This document shows, in pieces, positions 37,160-48,133 of a stretch of 64,000 nucleotides of DNA. Within the stretch, counting starts at the first letter, position 1. Every line of letters starts with the position of its first letter. The notes beneath the pieces are model-generated. The model worked only from the letters and a program-made list of their open reading frames with translations, was not told the origin of the DNA and did no database searches. The translations under genes were made by a program, and so were the position numbers. The stretch lies in assembly GCA_965225985.1 (NCBI GenBank), contig OZ245330.1, positions 2,111,848-2,175,847 of the forward strand, in the 5' to 3' direction. Origin of the DNA: a bacterium (lineage in GTDB: Bacteria > UBA8248).

Positions 37160-37516
37160 CGGGACCTCCGGAGAAGGGAGAGAATTTTACCGTTTCGAGT
37201 ATATCCCTACAGAATGAGCGCCTCGAATGCTTTGAAATGCATTATGTATAGCATCTTATCGTATTGAATTTACAGTATATCTCTTTTTCAAGGGCCCAAT
37301 CTCAGAATCCGGCCCGGGCCTCTGGACAAGAAAGCGCCCGGGGGGAACTGAGGATTCGACTCCACCTCGCCCCGAGTTGCGGGGGAATGGCGTCATCGCG
37401 AAGAAGCGCTCGCGTACCCGTCCTGTCAGGGCCGGAGCCATTCTTCCGCAGCCGCCCGGGAAGAAAGGCTTTTGTCATGTATCGCGAATGGAATTCGGGG
37501 AACCCGGTGCGCAGGA

Positions 37517-38038
37517 TCACCACTCGTCGAGGGTCTTATCCACTTCGCTGGGACCCCGGTAGCCCGGCAGGTTTTCAACGTAGGGGCAATCCTCAGGGAG
37601 CCCCCCCATCATGACAATCTCGATATCAATGGGCATGCAGAGGGGCTCACGCTCAAAACGCTCGGCGTAGCAGGTGCACCGCTTGGTTTCCTTGTCGAGA
37701 AAAGAACAAACGCTCGTCAGAAGAACCAGCCGATTTCCCGACCACACTTTGTCGTTGCAGCACTTGCCGCAACCCGTACAGAGCGCCTCCCACTCGGGCG
37801 TCCCCGGCGGCGGGAGATTTTCGCGCATCCATTTCTCAATTCGGGCCCTCTCGCGCTGCTTTTCGGCGTTTTCCCTGAGGAGCGACCAGCGGTTTCCCTT
37901 CTTCGCGCCGTTTTCCCGGAAAAGGGGAAGGACGCTTTTTTTGTTCTCCACCGTCCCGTTTTTCGAAACGCCGCCCCGCCCGTTCAGATCGGCGTTTCTT
38001 TTCGCTTTGAGCGAATCCGTTTTCAGGGCCATCGGCAT
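37517..38038 (-). CDS. YkgJ/UPF0153-family zinc/iron-chelating (CxxCxxCC) protein
   Basis: 173-aa ORF with CTGCGKCCNDK and downstream Cys residues (CSFLDKETKRCTCY), plus a basic N-terminal region. Confidence 0.7.
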   Translation of the reverse strand: MPMALKTDSLKAKRNADLNGRGGVSKNGTVENKKSVLPLFRENGAKKGNRWSLLRENAEKQRERARIEKWMRENLPPPGTPEWEALCTGCGKCCNDKVWSGNRLVLLTSVCSFLDKETKRCTCYAERFEREPLCMPIDIEIVMMGGLPEDCPYVENLPGYRGPSEVDKTLDEW

Positions 38039-38041
38039 TCC

Positions 38042-38824
38042 TCAGGAGTCCCGGAAATTCGGCGGGCGTTTTTCCAGGAAAGCGGCCATTCCCTCTTTCT
38101 GGTCTTCGTTGTTGAAGGCGAGGGAGAAGAGCACCGATTCCAGCTCGAGCCCCGCTTCGATTCCCGCCTCCATGCCCTCGTTGCACGCCTTCAGAATCAA
38201 ATTCACCGCCGGAGCGCTTTTCGCGGCGAACTTCTCCGCGAGCGCCCGCGCTTCACCCATGAGCGTATCGGCCGGAACCACTTTGTTCACAAGGCCGATC
38301 CGAAGGGCCTCCCCGGCGGATACCATCTCGCCGGTCAGGCACATCTCCACCGCGCGGCCCAATCCCACGAGGCGGGTGAGGCGCTGCGTGCCGCCGTAGC
38401 CCGGAATGATCCCGAGGGAAATTTCCGGCTGGCCGAAGCGCGCGGTCTCGGCGGCATACCGGATGGAGCAGGCCATCGCCACCTCGCATCCGCCGCCCAG
38501 GGCGAAACCATTCACGGCCGCGATGGAGGGCTTTCCCAGTGTCTCCATCTCCCGGAGGACGTGCTGGCCAAACCGGGAGAATTCCCGCGCCTCCCGGGAT
38601 GTCATCCCGGCCATCCGCCGAATGTCCGCACCGGCCACGAAAGCCTTCTCGCCTGCCCCGGTCAGGATGAGCACCTTCAACTTCGGGTCCGTCTTCACGC
38701 GCCGCGTGGCGTCGGCCAACTCCTCCATCGTCTCCGGATCAAGGGCATTCAGCACGTCCGGGCGGTTGAAGGTCACCGTGGCGACCTCCCCGGCCGCCTC
38801 GAATAAAAGACGTTCGTAGCCCAA
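38042..38824 (-). CDS. Enoyl-CoA hydratase (crotonase family)
   Basis: 260-aa [73 protein letters not shown]. Confidence 0.92.
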   Translation of the reverse strand: MGYERLLFEAAGEVATVTFNRPDVLNALDPETMEELADATRRVKTDPKLKVLILTGAGEKAFVAGADIRRMAGMTSREAREFSRFGQHVLREMETLGKPSIAAVNGFALGGGCEVAMACSIRYAAETARFGQPEISLGIIPGYGGTQRLTRLVGLGRAVEMCLTGEMVSAGEALRIGLVNKVVPADTLMGEARALAEKFAAKSAPAVNLILKACNEGMEAGIEAGLELESVLFSLAFNNEDQKEGMAAFLEKRPPNFRDS

Positions 38825-38841
38825 CGCCTGTACCTTCCCGC

Positions 38842-40032
38842 CTACGCGGGAAACGCCTCAACGATCACCGACAGTCCCATCCCGCCGCCGATGCACGCGC
38901 CCGCGAGGCCGTATTTTTCGCCCCTCCGGCGAAGCTCGTGCAGGATGGTGGCGGTGAGCCGCGCTCCGCTCGCCCCGACGGGATGGCCAATCGCAATCGC
39001 TCCGCCGTTCACGTTCGTCTTCTCCCGGTCGAGGCCGAGTTCCTTCTCCACCGCAAGGTACTGGGCGGAGAAGGCCTCGTTTATCTCGATCAGATCCATG
39101 TCGTCGAGCTGAAGCCCCGCCTTCTTCAGGGCGATGCGGCTGCTCTCTGCCGGGCCGATGCCCATGATTTTGGGATCGCATCCCGACACCCCCCAGGCGA
39201 CCAGGCGGCCGAGGGGTTTGCGCCCCATCTTCTCCGCCGCCTCTTTTGACGCGATCACCATCGCGGCGGCCCCGTCGTTGATCCCGCTCGCGTTTCCGGC
39301 CGTGACCACCCCGCCATCCTTGAAGACGGGCCGCAGCTTGGCCAAGGTCTCCGCCGTGGAACCGGGGCGGATGTGCTCGTCCCGATCAAATTGTATTGTC
39401 TCTTTCCGCTTTTCGATCTCGACCGGGACGCACTCCTCGGCCAAGCGCCCGCTCTCCCAGCCCGCGTTCGCCCGCTCTTGGCTGAGGGCCGCGAACTCGT
39501 CGATAATCTCCCGGTGCAGGTCGTATTTCTCCGCCAGGTTCTCGGCCGTGATCCCCATCGGGACGTTCACATAGAGGTCGGTCAGGGCGTTGTAAAGGCC
39601 GTCCTCCATCGGAGTCTCAAAGAGGCCGATCCCCCAGCGCGTGTTGCGGATAACGTGGGGGGTGAGGCTCATATTCTCCGCGCCGACGGCGAGGACGACA
39701 TCCGCCTCGCCCGTCATGATCTCCTGAGCCCCGCTCACGATGGCCTGAAAGCCCGATGCGCACATGCGGTTCACGCAGTAGCCGGGCTTCTCCTGGGGAA
39801 CCCCCGCGGCGAGGGCGACGTGGCGGCCGATATAGGAGCCGTCCGCCGCGGACTGGATGACGTTCCCGACGATGGTGTGGTCGATCATGTCCGGCGAGAC
39901 CCCCGCGCGCTCCATCGCGGCTTTTGCGGCGATGGCGCCGAGCTGGGTGGCGGACATTTCCTTCAAAGTTCCGCAGAAGGTGCCGAACGGGGTACGGACC
40001 CCCGAGAGAAAAACAACGGAATCCAGCATCAA
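38842..40032 (-). CDS. Acetyl-CoA C-acetyltransferase (thiolase II)
   Basis: 396-aa [15 protein letters not shown] (active Cys), [26 protein letters not shown] and [12 protein letters not shown] signatures. Confidence 0.95.
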   Translation of the reverse strand: MMLDSVVFLSGVRTPFGTFCGTLKEMSATQLGAIAAKAAMERAGVSPDMIDHTIVGNVIQSAADGSYIGRHVALAAGVPQEKPGYCVNRMCASGFQAIVSGAQEIMTGEADVVLAVGAENMSLTPHVIRNTRWGIGLFETPMEDGLYNALTDLYVNVPMGITAENLAEKYDLHREIIDEFAALSQERANAGWESGRLAEECVPVEIEKRKETIQFDRDEHIRPGSTAETLAKLRPVFKDGGVVTAGNASGINDGAAAMVIASKEAAEKMGRKPLGRLVAWGVSGCDPKIMGIGPAESSRIALKKAGLQLDDMDLIEINEAFSAQYLAVEKELGLDREKTNVNGGAIAIGHPVGASGARLTATILHELRRRGEKYGLAGACIGGGMGLSVIVEAFPA

Positions 40033-40202
40033 AATCCTCCTTGCCTAAGCAATCGAGGGATCAATAAAGCGGATTTTCGGTACGAATGGACCTTCCCCGC
40101 CACCTTACCGCTTGGGCAAAGGTCGCCGCAAGTGAGGAAATTTTTCCCTCACGGGACGGAGCCGGGAGCGATGGGCGCCGCCGCCTCGGGCTTTTGTTTC
40201 TC

Positions 40203-41237
40203 TTACATCCAGGAAAGGGGCGTTTTCCGATCCCCTTGCAGCCGGCGGGCGGCGTCCCGCGCGAAATAGGTGAGAATGATATCCGCCCCGGCGCGCCTGA
40301 TCGAGATCAGCGTTTCCATGAAGGCCCGCTCCGCGTCGATCCAGCCGTTCCGGGAGGCGGCGGCCAGCATGGCGAACTCGCCCGAGACGTTGTAGGCGGC
40401 GATGGGATTGCTCACCCGGTCCCTGGCCTGTGAGATGATATCCAGGTAGGGAAGGGCCGGCTTAATCATGATGATATCCGCCCCCTCGTCGAGGTCGAAT
40501 TCGATCTCCCGAAGGGCTTCCCGCCCGTTGGCGGGATCCATCTGGTAGGAGCTTCGGTCGCCGAAGGCGGGGGCGCTCTCTGCGGCATCGCGGAAAGGGC
40601 CGTAGAAGGCGCTGGCGAACTTGGCGGAGTAGGCCATGATGGGGGTTTGATGAAAGCCCTCCTCGTCGAGGGCGTGCCGAATGGTCCCGACCCGGCCGTC
40701 CATCATATCCGAAGGGGCGATGATGTCGGCCCCGGCGCGGGCGAGGCTGACCGCCGTCTGATCGAGAAGCTCCAGCGTCGGATCGTTGAGGATGTGCCCT
40801 CCCTCGACGACGCCGCAGTGGCCGTGGTCCATGTACTCGCAGAGGCAAACGTCGGTGATGACGCAAACCTCCGGGCAAGCCTCCTTCAAGGCGCGCACCG
40901 CCTTCTGGGTGATTCCGTCGTCGGCGTAGGCGCCCGAGGCGAGGTCATCCTTTCGGGCGGGAATGCCGAACAGGATGACGGCGGGAATGGAGAGGTCTGC
41001 CGCCGCGCGGCACTCCTCTACGGCCCGGTCCACCGAAAGCTGATGCTGCCCCGGCATCGAGGAGATCTCCCGTTTCACCCCTTCCCCTTCGACGATGAAC
41101 ATCGGATAAACCAGATCGTCGGGGGAGAGGCGGGTTTCGCGCACCATCCGCCGAAGGGTTTCTTTTTCGCGGGTCCGGCGCGTCCGGTGGAAAACATCCT
41201 CCCGCGAGCCGGTCAACAGAGATCCGCTCTCAGCCAT
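40203..41237 (-). CDS. hemB: Porphobilinogen synthase (Zn-type)
   Basis: ORF 40203..41369. ATG 41237 gives MAESG..., about 344 aa. DVCLCEYMDHGHCG Cys-rich Zn site, PSDMMDGRV, AYSAKFASAFYGPFRDA, IMIKPALPYLD. Confidence 0.92.
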   Translation of the reverse strand: MAESGSLLTGSREDVFHRTRRTREKETLRRMVRETRLSPDDLVYPMFIVEGEGVKREISSMPGQHQLSVDRAVEECRAAADLSIPAVILFGIPARKDDLASGAYADDGITQKAVRALKEACPEVCVITDVCLCEYMDHGHCGVVEGGHILNDPTLELLDQTAVSLARAGADIIAPSDMMDGRVGTIRHALDEEGFHQTPIMAYSAKFASAFYGPFRDAAESAPAFGDRSSYQMDPANGREALREIEFDLDEGADIIMIKPALPYLDIISQARDRVSNPIAAYNVSGEFAMLAAASRNGWIDAERAFMETLISIRRAGADIILTYFARDAARRLQGDRKTPLSWM

Positions 41238-42819
41238 GCCATATCTCCTTCCGTGACGCTCCGCCGAAGGGACGGTTGCCCTTTTTTCGGCGGGCTGGAG
41301 CGGCCCCCCGGTAAAAATTCGCGATGGCCCGCGCCAGCCCTTGTACGGTGGAATCCTTCGCCTCGACATTGGGCGCGAGACCGAATTCGCAAAGGGTGGC
41401 GCTCGTGACGGGCCCGATCGAGGCGAGCGCCGCTTCGACCCTTCCCCTCCCGGAACCCTCTCCGGAATCCCCGGCCCCCATCATATCCACGAAATTCCGC
41501 ACCGTCGAGGAACTCGTGAAAGTGATCATGTCCCACCTGTTCTCCGCCAAATCCCGGCGGAGGGAATCGGCCTCCTGGTCCTCGGCGCAAAGGGTCCGGT
41601 AGGCGGCCACTACCTCCACCACCGCCTCCCGCTCCCGCAGGGTCTCGGGCAAAACCTCCCGGGCCTCCAGGGCGCGGGGAATGAGCACGCGCTTCCCCCG
41701 TATCTCCTCCCCTGCCAGGGCTTCGAGAACCCCCTCGGCCACATATGTTTCGGGAAGGACATCCGGCCGGAGGCGGAGATGCTCCTCCAGGGCGTTCCCG
41801 GTTCCCGGGCCGATGGCCACGATGCGGGCGCCCTTGCCGAATGCCCTCGCATCCCGGCCCGCGTCTCGCAGCCGTTCGGCGAAAAAGCGCACACCGTTCG
41901 CGCTCGTGAAAATGATCCAATCGTACGAATCGAGCTTCGCGACGGCCGCATCGAAGGGCCCCCAATCTTGCGGGGCGGCGATCCGAATCGCGGGACATTC
42001 GCCGACTTCGGCTCCTGCATCCTCCAGGTGCCGGGCGAACTCGCCCGCCTGCTCGCGGGGGCGCGTCACGAGGATTCTTCGGCCGTGGAGGGGGCGCTCT
42101 TCGAGCCAGCCCAGCTCGCCGCGGAGGCGGTTCACTTTTCCCGCGACGATAACAGCGCTGCCATGAAGGGGCGTTTCTTTCACGGCGCGGGCCATTCCCC
42201 CGAGGTTCCCTTCGATAACGCGCTGGAGGGGAAGGCCCCCTTCGAGAATGACACTGAGATCCAGGTCGGGGGAGAAGCCCCCGGCCAGAAGGCTCTCGAT
42301 AAGCCGGGGGACGGACTCCGCCTCACCCTGGAAAACCAGGGTTCCTCCGTTTTTTGCGAGGGCCTCAAAATCGAGGGCGCCCCCGCCCGCGGGATTCGCG
42401 TTCACCACGGTGAACCGGTCCGCGAGTCCCTCGTGCAGAAGGGGGATGCCCGCGAAGGCGGACGCCGCCAGGGCGTGCGGGATTCCGGGAACGACTTCGA
42501 AGGCCACCCCCGCCCGGGCGAGGGCCTTTGCATCCTCCACCCCTTGGCCGGAGAGGAAAGGATCGTCCCGGTACAGGCGGACGGCGGTTTTCCCCTCCTT
42601 CGCCCGTTCCACCATTGCGGATCGGACACCGGCCGCCCGGGCTTTGTCCGCTTCAATGCGCTCGCAGCCTCCGGGACAAAGGCCGAGGAGACGGGGCGGG
42701 AGGGCGGCGTCGTAGGCGAGGAAATCCGCGCGGCCCAGGACCTCTTCTCCCCTTCGGGTCAGGAGATGGGGATTTCCAGGGCCCGCTCCGACAAGGTATA
42801 CGATCCCGGATTCAACCAT
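41230..42819 (-). CDS. cobA/hemD: Fused uroporphyrinogen-III C-methyltransferase / uroporphyrinogen-III synthase
   Basis: 529-aa ORF. The N-terminal half has IVYLVGAGPGNPHLLTRRGEEVL (TP methylase). The C-terminal half (from about LHGRRILVTRPREQ) is HemD-like. Confidence 0.9.
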   Translation of the reverse strand: MVESGIVYLVGAGPGNPHLLTRRGEEVLGRADFLAYDAALPPRLLGLCPGGCERIEADKARAAGVRSAMVERAKEGKTAVRLYRDDPFLSGQGVEDAKALARAGVAFEVVPGIPHALAASAFAGIPLLHEGLADRFTVVNANPAGGGALDFEALAKNGGTLVFQGEAESVPRLIESLLAGGFSPDLDLSVILEGGLPLQRVIEGNLGGMARAVKETPLHGSAVIVAGKVNRLRGELGWLEERPLHGRRILVTRPREQAGEFARHLEDAGAEVGECPAIRIAAPQDWGPFDAAVAKLDSYDWIIFTSANGVRFFAERLRDAGRDARAFGKGARIVAIGPGTGNALEEHLRLRPDVLPETYVAEGVLEALAGEEIRGKRVLIPRALEAREVLPETLREREAVVEVVAAYRTLCAEDQEADSLRRDLAENRWDMITFTSSSTVRNFVDMMGAGDSGEGSGRGRVEAALASIGPVTSATLCEFGLAPNVEAKDSTVQGLARAIANFYRGAAPARRKKGNRPFGGASRKEIWHG

Positions 42820-43795
42820 GCCGGAACTCCGCGAGAATTTCCCTTCCCCCGTCCGCCAGGAGGCGATCGGCCAAGGCCCCGCCCAGGGCGCAGGCCTCCC
42901 CCGGCGGGCCCTCGTTCTCCCCCTCGGCGACGCGCCTCCCGTCTTCGCTCGAAACGAGCGCCCGGAGGGTGAGGCGGCCCCTCCGTGTCTCGGCCAAGAC
43001 GGCCAGGGGAACCGAGCAACCTCCCTCGAGGCGTGCCATCACCTCCCTCTCGGCGTTCACTTCATCGTGCGTCTGGGGATGGTCGAGCGGGGCCAGAAGG
43101 GCGGCCGTCTCCTCGTCGCCGTCCCGGATTTCGATTCCGAGCGCCCCCTGGCCCGGGGCGGGAAGCATGAGCTCGGGCGCAAGGCTTTCGGTGATGCGAT
43201 CCGCCAGCCCCAGGCGGTTCAGGCCGGCCGCCGCGAGAATGGTCGCATCCACCTCCCCCTCCGCCACCTTCCGGAGGCGCGTGTCGACGTTTCCCCGGAT
43301 ATCGACCACCTCGAGGTCGCTCCGGAAGCGGAGCAGCTGGGCCTTCCGGCGGAGGCTTCCCGTCCCGACCCGGCTGCCTGGAGCCAGGCCGCGGATGGAC
43401 TCGCCCCCCCTGGACACGAAAACGTCCCAGGGCTCCTCGCGCTCGGGCACCGCGCCCAGGGCGAGCCCCGGGGGAAACTCGCCGGGAAGATCCTTGAGAC
43501 TGTGGACGGCGGCGTCGATCCGCCCCGCCAGGAGGGCTTCCTCGATTTCCTTGATAAAGAGCCCCTTTCCCCCTACCTGGGCGAGCGGCACGTCCTGTAT
43601 CTCATCGCCCCGGGTGCGGATGACGACCTCTTCCACCTCGCGTTCCGGATAAAGTTCCCGGAGGCGGGAAGCTATTTGCCTCGTCTGCGCCAGCGCCAGC
43701 CGGCTCCCCCGCGTGCCGAGGCGAAGGAGGCCCGGCCGGGAAGAATTTTCACCGGTCAATTTCCGTCCCCTGAGAAAACCCGGGCTCCCCTTCAT
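42812..43795 (-). CDS. hemC: Hydroxymethylbilane synthase
   Basis: 327-aa ORF. LRLGTRGSRLALAQ, GGKGLFIKEIE, RGNVDTRL, GQGALGIE, GGCSVPLA. ATG 43795 overlaps hemA by 47 nt. An alternative start is TTG 43759 with AGGGGA upstream. Confidence 0.9.
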   Translation of the reverse strand: MKGSPGFLRGRKLTGENSSRPGLLRLGTRGSRLALAQTRQIASRLRELYPEREVEEVVIRTRGDEIQDVPLAQVGGKGLFIKEIEEALLAGRIDAAVHSLKDLPGEFPPGLALGAVPEREEPWDVFVSRGGESIRGLAPGSRVGTGSLRRKAQLLRFRSDLEVVDIRGNVDTRLRKVAEGEVDATILAAAGLNRLGLADRITESLAPELMLPAPGQGALGIEIRDGDEETAALLAPLDHPQTHDEVNAEREVMARLEGGCSVPLAVLAETRRGRLTLRALVSSEDGRRVAEGENEGPPGEACALGGALADRLLADGGREILAEFRHG

Positions 43796-45110
43796 CGCGC
43801 GTTCGGCCTTCGCCGTCCCCGGTTCCGTGCGCCTTTCCGCCGGACTCCTCCTTCACCCCGAAGAGCCGCTTCACCATAGCGAGGGATTCGTCTCCGATCT
43901 CATCCGCCGCCATTCCGCGAAGAACGGAGAAGGGGTGATGCAGCAGTTTGTTCACCAGCGCGCGCGACATGGCGTCGATGGCGCTGCGCTCGGGTTCTCC
44001 GAGCGAGGCGAGGCGGGAGAACGTCTTCTGAAGCTCGCCTTGGCGTTGCGCCTCGGCGCCGACCCGGATGGCGGAAAAGGTTTTCGAGAGATCCTCCATC
44101 CGCATCCGGCGGACGAAACCCTGGATTTCGTCCTCGACGATCGCGCCCGCGCTCTCGGCCTCGGCCTCCCGGCCCTCCAGGTTGGAGGTGACGACCGCCT
44201 GCAGGTCATCGATGTCATAGAGAAAGACGTTCTCCAGGCCGTTCACCTCGGGATCGATATCCCGGGGGACCGCGATGTCGATGAGGAAAATGGGGGCGTC
44301 GCGCCGCTTCCGCAAGGCTTCCGCGAGCATTTCCTTTTTTACGATGAGATGGGGCGCTCCCGTCGATGCGATGACAATGTCCGCCCCGACGAGTTCCTCG
44401 GCGACGCGGTCGAATCTTACGGCCCTGCCGTTCAGCTCCGCCGCCAAGGCCTCGGCGCGGGCGTACGTCCGGTTCCCAACCAAAATCGTGCTCGCTCCGC
44501 GGCTCATCAAATGGCGGGCCGCCAGCTCGCACATCTCACCGGCGCCCAGGAGCAGGATGGTTCTCCCTTCCAGGCGGCTGAATATCTTCTCCGCCAACTC
44601 GGCCGCCACCGTACCCACCGATACCGCGCTTTCCCCGATGGCCGTCCGCTCCCGGACTTTCTTCGCCACCCGGAAGGCGCTGGGGAAAACCGCCGAGAGA
44701 GATTTCCCGGTGTGCCCGCCCTCGTTCGCGATCCGGTAGGCCTCCTTCACCTGGCCGAGGATCTGCGGCTCCCCCACCACCATCGAATCCAGGCTCGACG
44801 TCACGCGGAAGAGATGGCGAACGGCGTCCTCATCGCGGCAAACGTAAAGATGCTTCCGCAATTCCTCCGCCTGGATCCCGCGGGACTCGGAGATGAAGTC
44901 CCGGATGGAGCGCACCCCCGCATCGAATTCCTCGGCGAAGCTGTAAACTTCCATCCGGTTGCACGTGGAGAGAATCAAACGCTCCGAGAGACCGTTGTAG
45001 CGCGCCAGCCGAGCGAGCGAATTGTGAAGCCCTTTTTCGGCGAAATGCAGGCGCTCGCGGATCTCGATGGGCGTTTTGTGGTGGCTTACACCTGCGAGAA
45101 TCAATGGCAT
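43749..45110 (-). CDS. hemA: Glutamyl-tRNA reductase
   Basis: 453-aa ORF. MPLILAGVSHHKTPIEIRE, LSTCNRMEVY (active Cys), ILLLGAGEM (NADPH site), FLIDIAVPRDID. Confidence 0.93.
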   Translation of the reverse strand: MPLILAGVSHHKTPIEIRERLHFAEKGLHNSLARLARYNGLSERLILSTCNRMEVYSFAEEFDAGVRSIRDFISESRGIQAEELRKHLYVCRDEDAVRHLFRVTSSLDSMVVGEPQILGQVKEAYRIANEGGHTGKSLSAVFPSAFRVAKKVRERTAIGESAVSVGTVAAELAEKIFSRLEGRTILLLGAGEMCELAARHLMSRGASTILVGNRTYARAEALAAELNGRAVRFDRVAEELVGADIVIASTGAPHLIVKKEMLAEALRKRRDAPIFLIDIAVPRDIDPEVNGLENVFLYDIDDLQAVVTSNLEGREAEAESAGAIVEDEIQGFVRRMRMEDLSKTFSAIRVGAEAQRQGELQKTFSRLASLGEPERSAIDAMSRALVNKLLHHPFSVLRGMAADEIGDESLAMVKRLFGVKEESGGKAHGTGDGEGRTRDEGEPGFSQGTEIDR

Positions 45111-45128
45111 CGGGCTATCCCGTCCTTC

Positions 45129-45896
45129 TTAAATGTGGACAACCAGGGCAACCAATACGGCGAGGAAAATTACCATGGAAAAGATCGCCGACCGCATCCC
45201 CTTCCAGCTGCGGGTCAGGCGGCACGCAAGCAATACACTGTAAGCGAGCCAGATGCCGAGCAGCGGCCAGGTCTTTAAGGGCTCCGACACCCATATGGCC
45301 CCGTACTTGGACCCCGCCCACATGGACCCGAAGAAAAGGCTTGCCGTCAGAAACGCAAAGCCGAAATAGAGCGTCTTGTGGCTGAGATCGTCGAGCACAT
45401 CGAGCGGCGGGAGGCGGCGGAGCCAGGCCCCGGGCCGCTTTGATTTGAGCTCGCGGGATTGAACGACAAACATCAGCGCCACCGCGAAAAGGAGGAAAAA
45501 AGTGCTGGCGCTGAGAACGGCGAGAACGGCGTGGCCGGCCAGAAGAAACCCTTCAACCGTTTGCGACCCTTTTCCCCATATGCCGGGAGAAGCGGTGGCG
45601 TAGCCCGCAAGGGCGAAAGCGGCGGGAACGGCGAACCCGCCGAGGGCCATCTCCCGGTAGCGGAGGAAGACGATCAAATACAAGAGAACAATCGCCCAGG
45701 CGAGGGAGTTCAGCCAGGCGCCCCAATCATGTTCGTCGGTAGAGAGATAGTAGAAACCGAGGAGGAAGGAATGGAGCACGAACCCCGCAGTCAGAGTTCC
45801 GATGCCAACGTAAAGCAGGGCGTCACGCTTTGAATACAGGTTGTAGAGGTGGGCAATCGCCGCGACCAGATAAAGAAATATGAGAACGGAGACCAC
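45129..45896 (-). CDS. Cytochrome c assembly (CcsA/HemX-like) membrane protein
   Basis: 255-aa polytopic membrane ORF directly upstream of hemA, as for hemX/ccsA-like genes. It contains the Trp-rich GSMWAGSKYGAIWVSEPLKTW segment. Confidence 0.7.
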   Translation of the reverse strand: MVSVLIFLYLVAAIAHLYNLYSKRDALLYVGIGTLTAGFVLHSFLLGFYYLSTDEHDWGAWLNSLAWAIVLLYLIVFLRYREMALGGFAVPAAFALAGYATASPGIWGKGSQTVEGFLLAGHAVLAVLSASTFFLLFAVALMFVVQSRELKSKRPGAWLRRLPPLDVLDDLSHKTLYFGFAFLTASLFFGSMWAGSKYGAIWVSEPLKTWPLLGIWLAYSVLLACRLTRSWKGMRSAIFSMVIFLAVLVALVVHI

Positions 45897-46336
45897 GATC
45901 GTTTTTTCTCCTAATCGGAATTCCGAAAATCGTGTTCCCTTCCCCTTGGGGGCAAGGCCACCTCGGACACCGGCCTGCCGAAGCTGCGGGAGGAAATATC
46001 AGATGCGGGAAAACCCCGCAAGAAATAATAGCAAAAATAACAAAGCACAATTGCGCCGCTTGGGTGGAATACCCAGTCTAGGAAAATATTTTATTATTTT
46101 TATTATATGCAAGCCCAAACTTCCCGCTCCAACCCAATCTGTGATTTGAACTCCATGTATGAAATCTCTTTCTCGGAATTGACACGGTGAAGACGCCGTT
46201 TGTAGGCATTATATCTGTAACAATGCGCCCGATGCGCATAAAGAGAATGTAGAACTTTACCTCCCTCACCTCCACCATCTATACTATTTTTCTTGATGAG
46301 ACCGCCCTTTCCTCTCCCAGCCCCGGGAGAAGCTCG

Positions 46337-47278
46337 TTGATACCGCTGCCGGATATTCGCCCACCGCTTATCAACGCGAGCGGCATTTTAAGCTATCCCG
46401 AAGTTTTTTTGGCCTTCGAGCGCTCCGGCGCGGCGCTGGGCGGGTATGTGACGAAATCCGTCGGGCCAGTAGAGAAGGCCGGAAATGAAAATCCGGTTGT
46501 TGTCTACCCGGAAGACCCCGATGGCCCCGTCCTCAACTCTTTGGCCCTCCCGACCCAGAGCCCCGAGGATTGGATCCAAGACCTTTCTGAGACACGGTTC
46601 GAGCGGTCCAAACTCATCATCTCCGTCTACGGAGGCACGCCCGAGGAGTTCGCCTCTGTCGTGGGAAAAATGTCTCCTTTCGCCGACGCCATCGAACTGA
46701 ACCTGGGATGCCCGAATAAAGTCCCCGGCGAGGAAACCATTATGGAAAGCATCGGCCAGCATCCCTCCCTCGCAAGCGAGGTAGTCCGCTTGTCCAGGAG
46801 CGAGACCGACAAAGCCCTTATTGCCAAGCTCTCGCCCAATACCGACTATATGGCGATCGCCGAGGCATGTATCGAGGAAGGCGCGGACGCATTTGGCTGC
46901 GCCAACACTTTGGGGCCTGGACTCGCGATCGACATTCAGACCCGCAAGGCGATTCTCGCCGGGACTACCGGCGGGATCAGCGGCCCGGCGCTCAAGCCAA
47001 TAAATTTGCGCATGACATATGATGTTTATGCTCGGTTCAAATGCCCCATCGTGGCTTACGGAGGAATTTCCACTTGGCGCGACGCCGTGGAATACCTTCT
47101 TGCCGGTGCATGTCTCCTGGGAATCGGCACCGCCTTTCTCGGCAAAAGCACCGCTGAAGCGTCGGCCCTCACAAGGGATATTTGGGAGGGCGTTCTCGCC
47201 TATTTGGAAGGTGAACCCCTCACATCCCTTGTCGGCGGCGCCCATCGCCTGCCCGTTCTAGACGCTCCGCATGCGTGA
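46337..47278 (+). CDS. pyrD: Dihydroorotate dehydrogenase, class 1 catalytic subunit
   Basis: 313-aa ORF. LINASG, IELNLGCPN (catalytic Cys), IAKLSPN, GGISGPALKPI, GGISTWRDAVEYLLAGA. Confidence 0.85.
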   Translation: MIPLPDIRPPLINASGILSYPEVFLAFERSGAALGGYVTKSVGPVEKAGNENPVVVYPEDPDGPVLNSLALPTQSPEDWIQDLSETRFERSKLIISVYGGTPEEFASVVGKMSPFADAIELNLGCPNKVPGEETIMESIGQHPSLASEVVRLSRSETDKALIAKLSPNTDYMAIAEACIEEGADAFGCANTLGPGLAIDIQTRKAILAGTTGGISGPALKPINLRMTYDVYARFKCPIVAYGGISTWRDAVEYLLAGACLLGIGTAFLGKSTAEASALTRDIWEGVLAYLEGEPLTSLVGGAHRLPVLDAPHA

Positions 47279-47996
47279 GACAGTACGAGTCACCGAAAAT
47301 CGCCGCGAGAGCGACTACACCAGAACCATTTTTTTCAACCGCACGATCGAATGCGCCCCCGGCCGGTTCTTCATGGTTTGGCATCCCCGCGCCGGAGAAA
47401 AACCCTTCACCCTTTCCTATCCCAACGCGTTCACTTTAAAGCACGCGGGAGATTTCACCGGTGGATTATGCGAACTTTCCCCCGGCGATGAAATCGGCAT
47501 ACGGGGGCCGCTCGGCAAGGGATATCCCGACCTCGACCGCCCCGCCCTCATCGGAGGCGGGGTCGGGATCGCGGAGCTTCGGCTGCTGGCCTTCGCCACC
47601 CGTGAACCCTCTTTTCTCCTCGGCGGAAGAACGGCCGAGGAAATTCTTTTCTATGAAGAGTTCAAGGGCCTCGGCCCGGTTCGCGTCGCCACCGAGGACG
47701 GTTCCCTGGGCCATCGAGGTCTGATAACCGATCTTTTCCCCGCCGAGGCGGAACACTACGCCGTTTGTGGCCCGGAGCGTATGATGGCGGCCTGCATGCC
47801 CCACCTCCCTCCGGAAAGGACGTATTACGCCATTGAGCGTTATATGAAATGCGCAGTCGGCCTGTGCGGCCAGTGCAGCTGCTCAGGCTGGCGGGTATGC
47901 GTGGATGGCCCAGTATTCATGGGAACGGAAGTGGCCCGGATGACGGATTTTGGCCGGAGGCGGCGCGCAAAAAGTGGACGCTGGGAAAGAGCCTAG
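47271..47996 (+). CDS. pyrK: Dihydroorotate dehydrogenase electron-transfer subunit-like (FNR fold plus C-terminal 2Fe-2S)
   Basis: 241-aa ORF overlapping the pyrD stop. GEKPFTLS, IGGGVGIAELRLL and a C-terminal Cys cluster CAVGLCGQCSC...CVDGPVF. Confidence 0.78.
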   Translation: MRETVRVTENRRESDYTRTIFFNRTIECAPGRFFMVWHPRAGEKPFTLSYPNAFTLKHAGDFTGGLCELSPGDEIGIRGPLGKGYPDLDRPALIGGGVGIAELRLLAFATREPSFLLGGRTAEEILFYEEFKGLGPVRVATEDGSLGHRGLITDLFPAEAEHYAVCGPERMMAACMPHLPPERTYYAIERYMKCAVGLCGQCSCSGWRVCVDGPVFMGTEVARMTDFGRRRRAKSGRWERA

Positions 47997-48133
47997 AATC
48001 AAAGCGATAGGCGGGGCGACTTCCGAAATGGCGGACTTTATACTATACTTTAAGTGTAAAATTCCTTTTGAGGAATCGAGGGGGGAATGAGGTTATCTTT
48101 TAACCTTCATCCCTCTCTCGGGAGGATCCGCCC

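Noticed and set aside
35035-40032. The meaB, acyl-CoA dehydrogenase, YkgJ, enoyl-CoA hydratase and thiolase block, considered as a novel pathway.
   Set aside because: It is an ordinary beta-oxidation/short-chain acyl-CoA gene set. Only the CxxCxxCC protein is slightly out of place, and that is not sufficient for a finding.
40203-45896. The hemA-hemC-cobA/hemD-hemB cluster with an upstream ccsA/hemX-like gene, considered as a finding.
   Set aside because: This is a standard, well-known arrangement of tetrapyrrole genes. It is annotated as features only.
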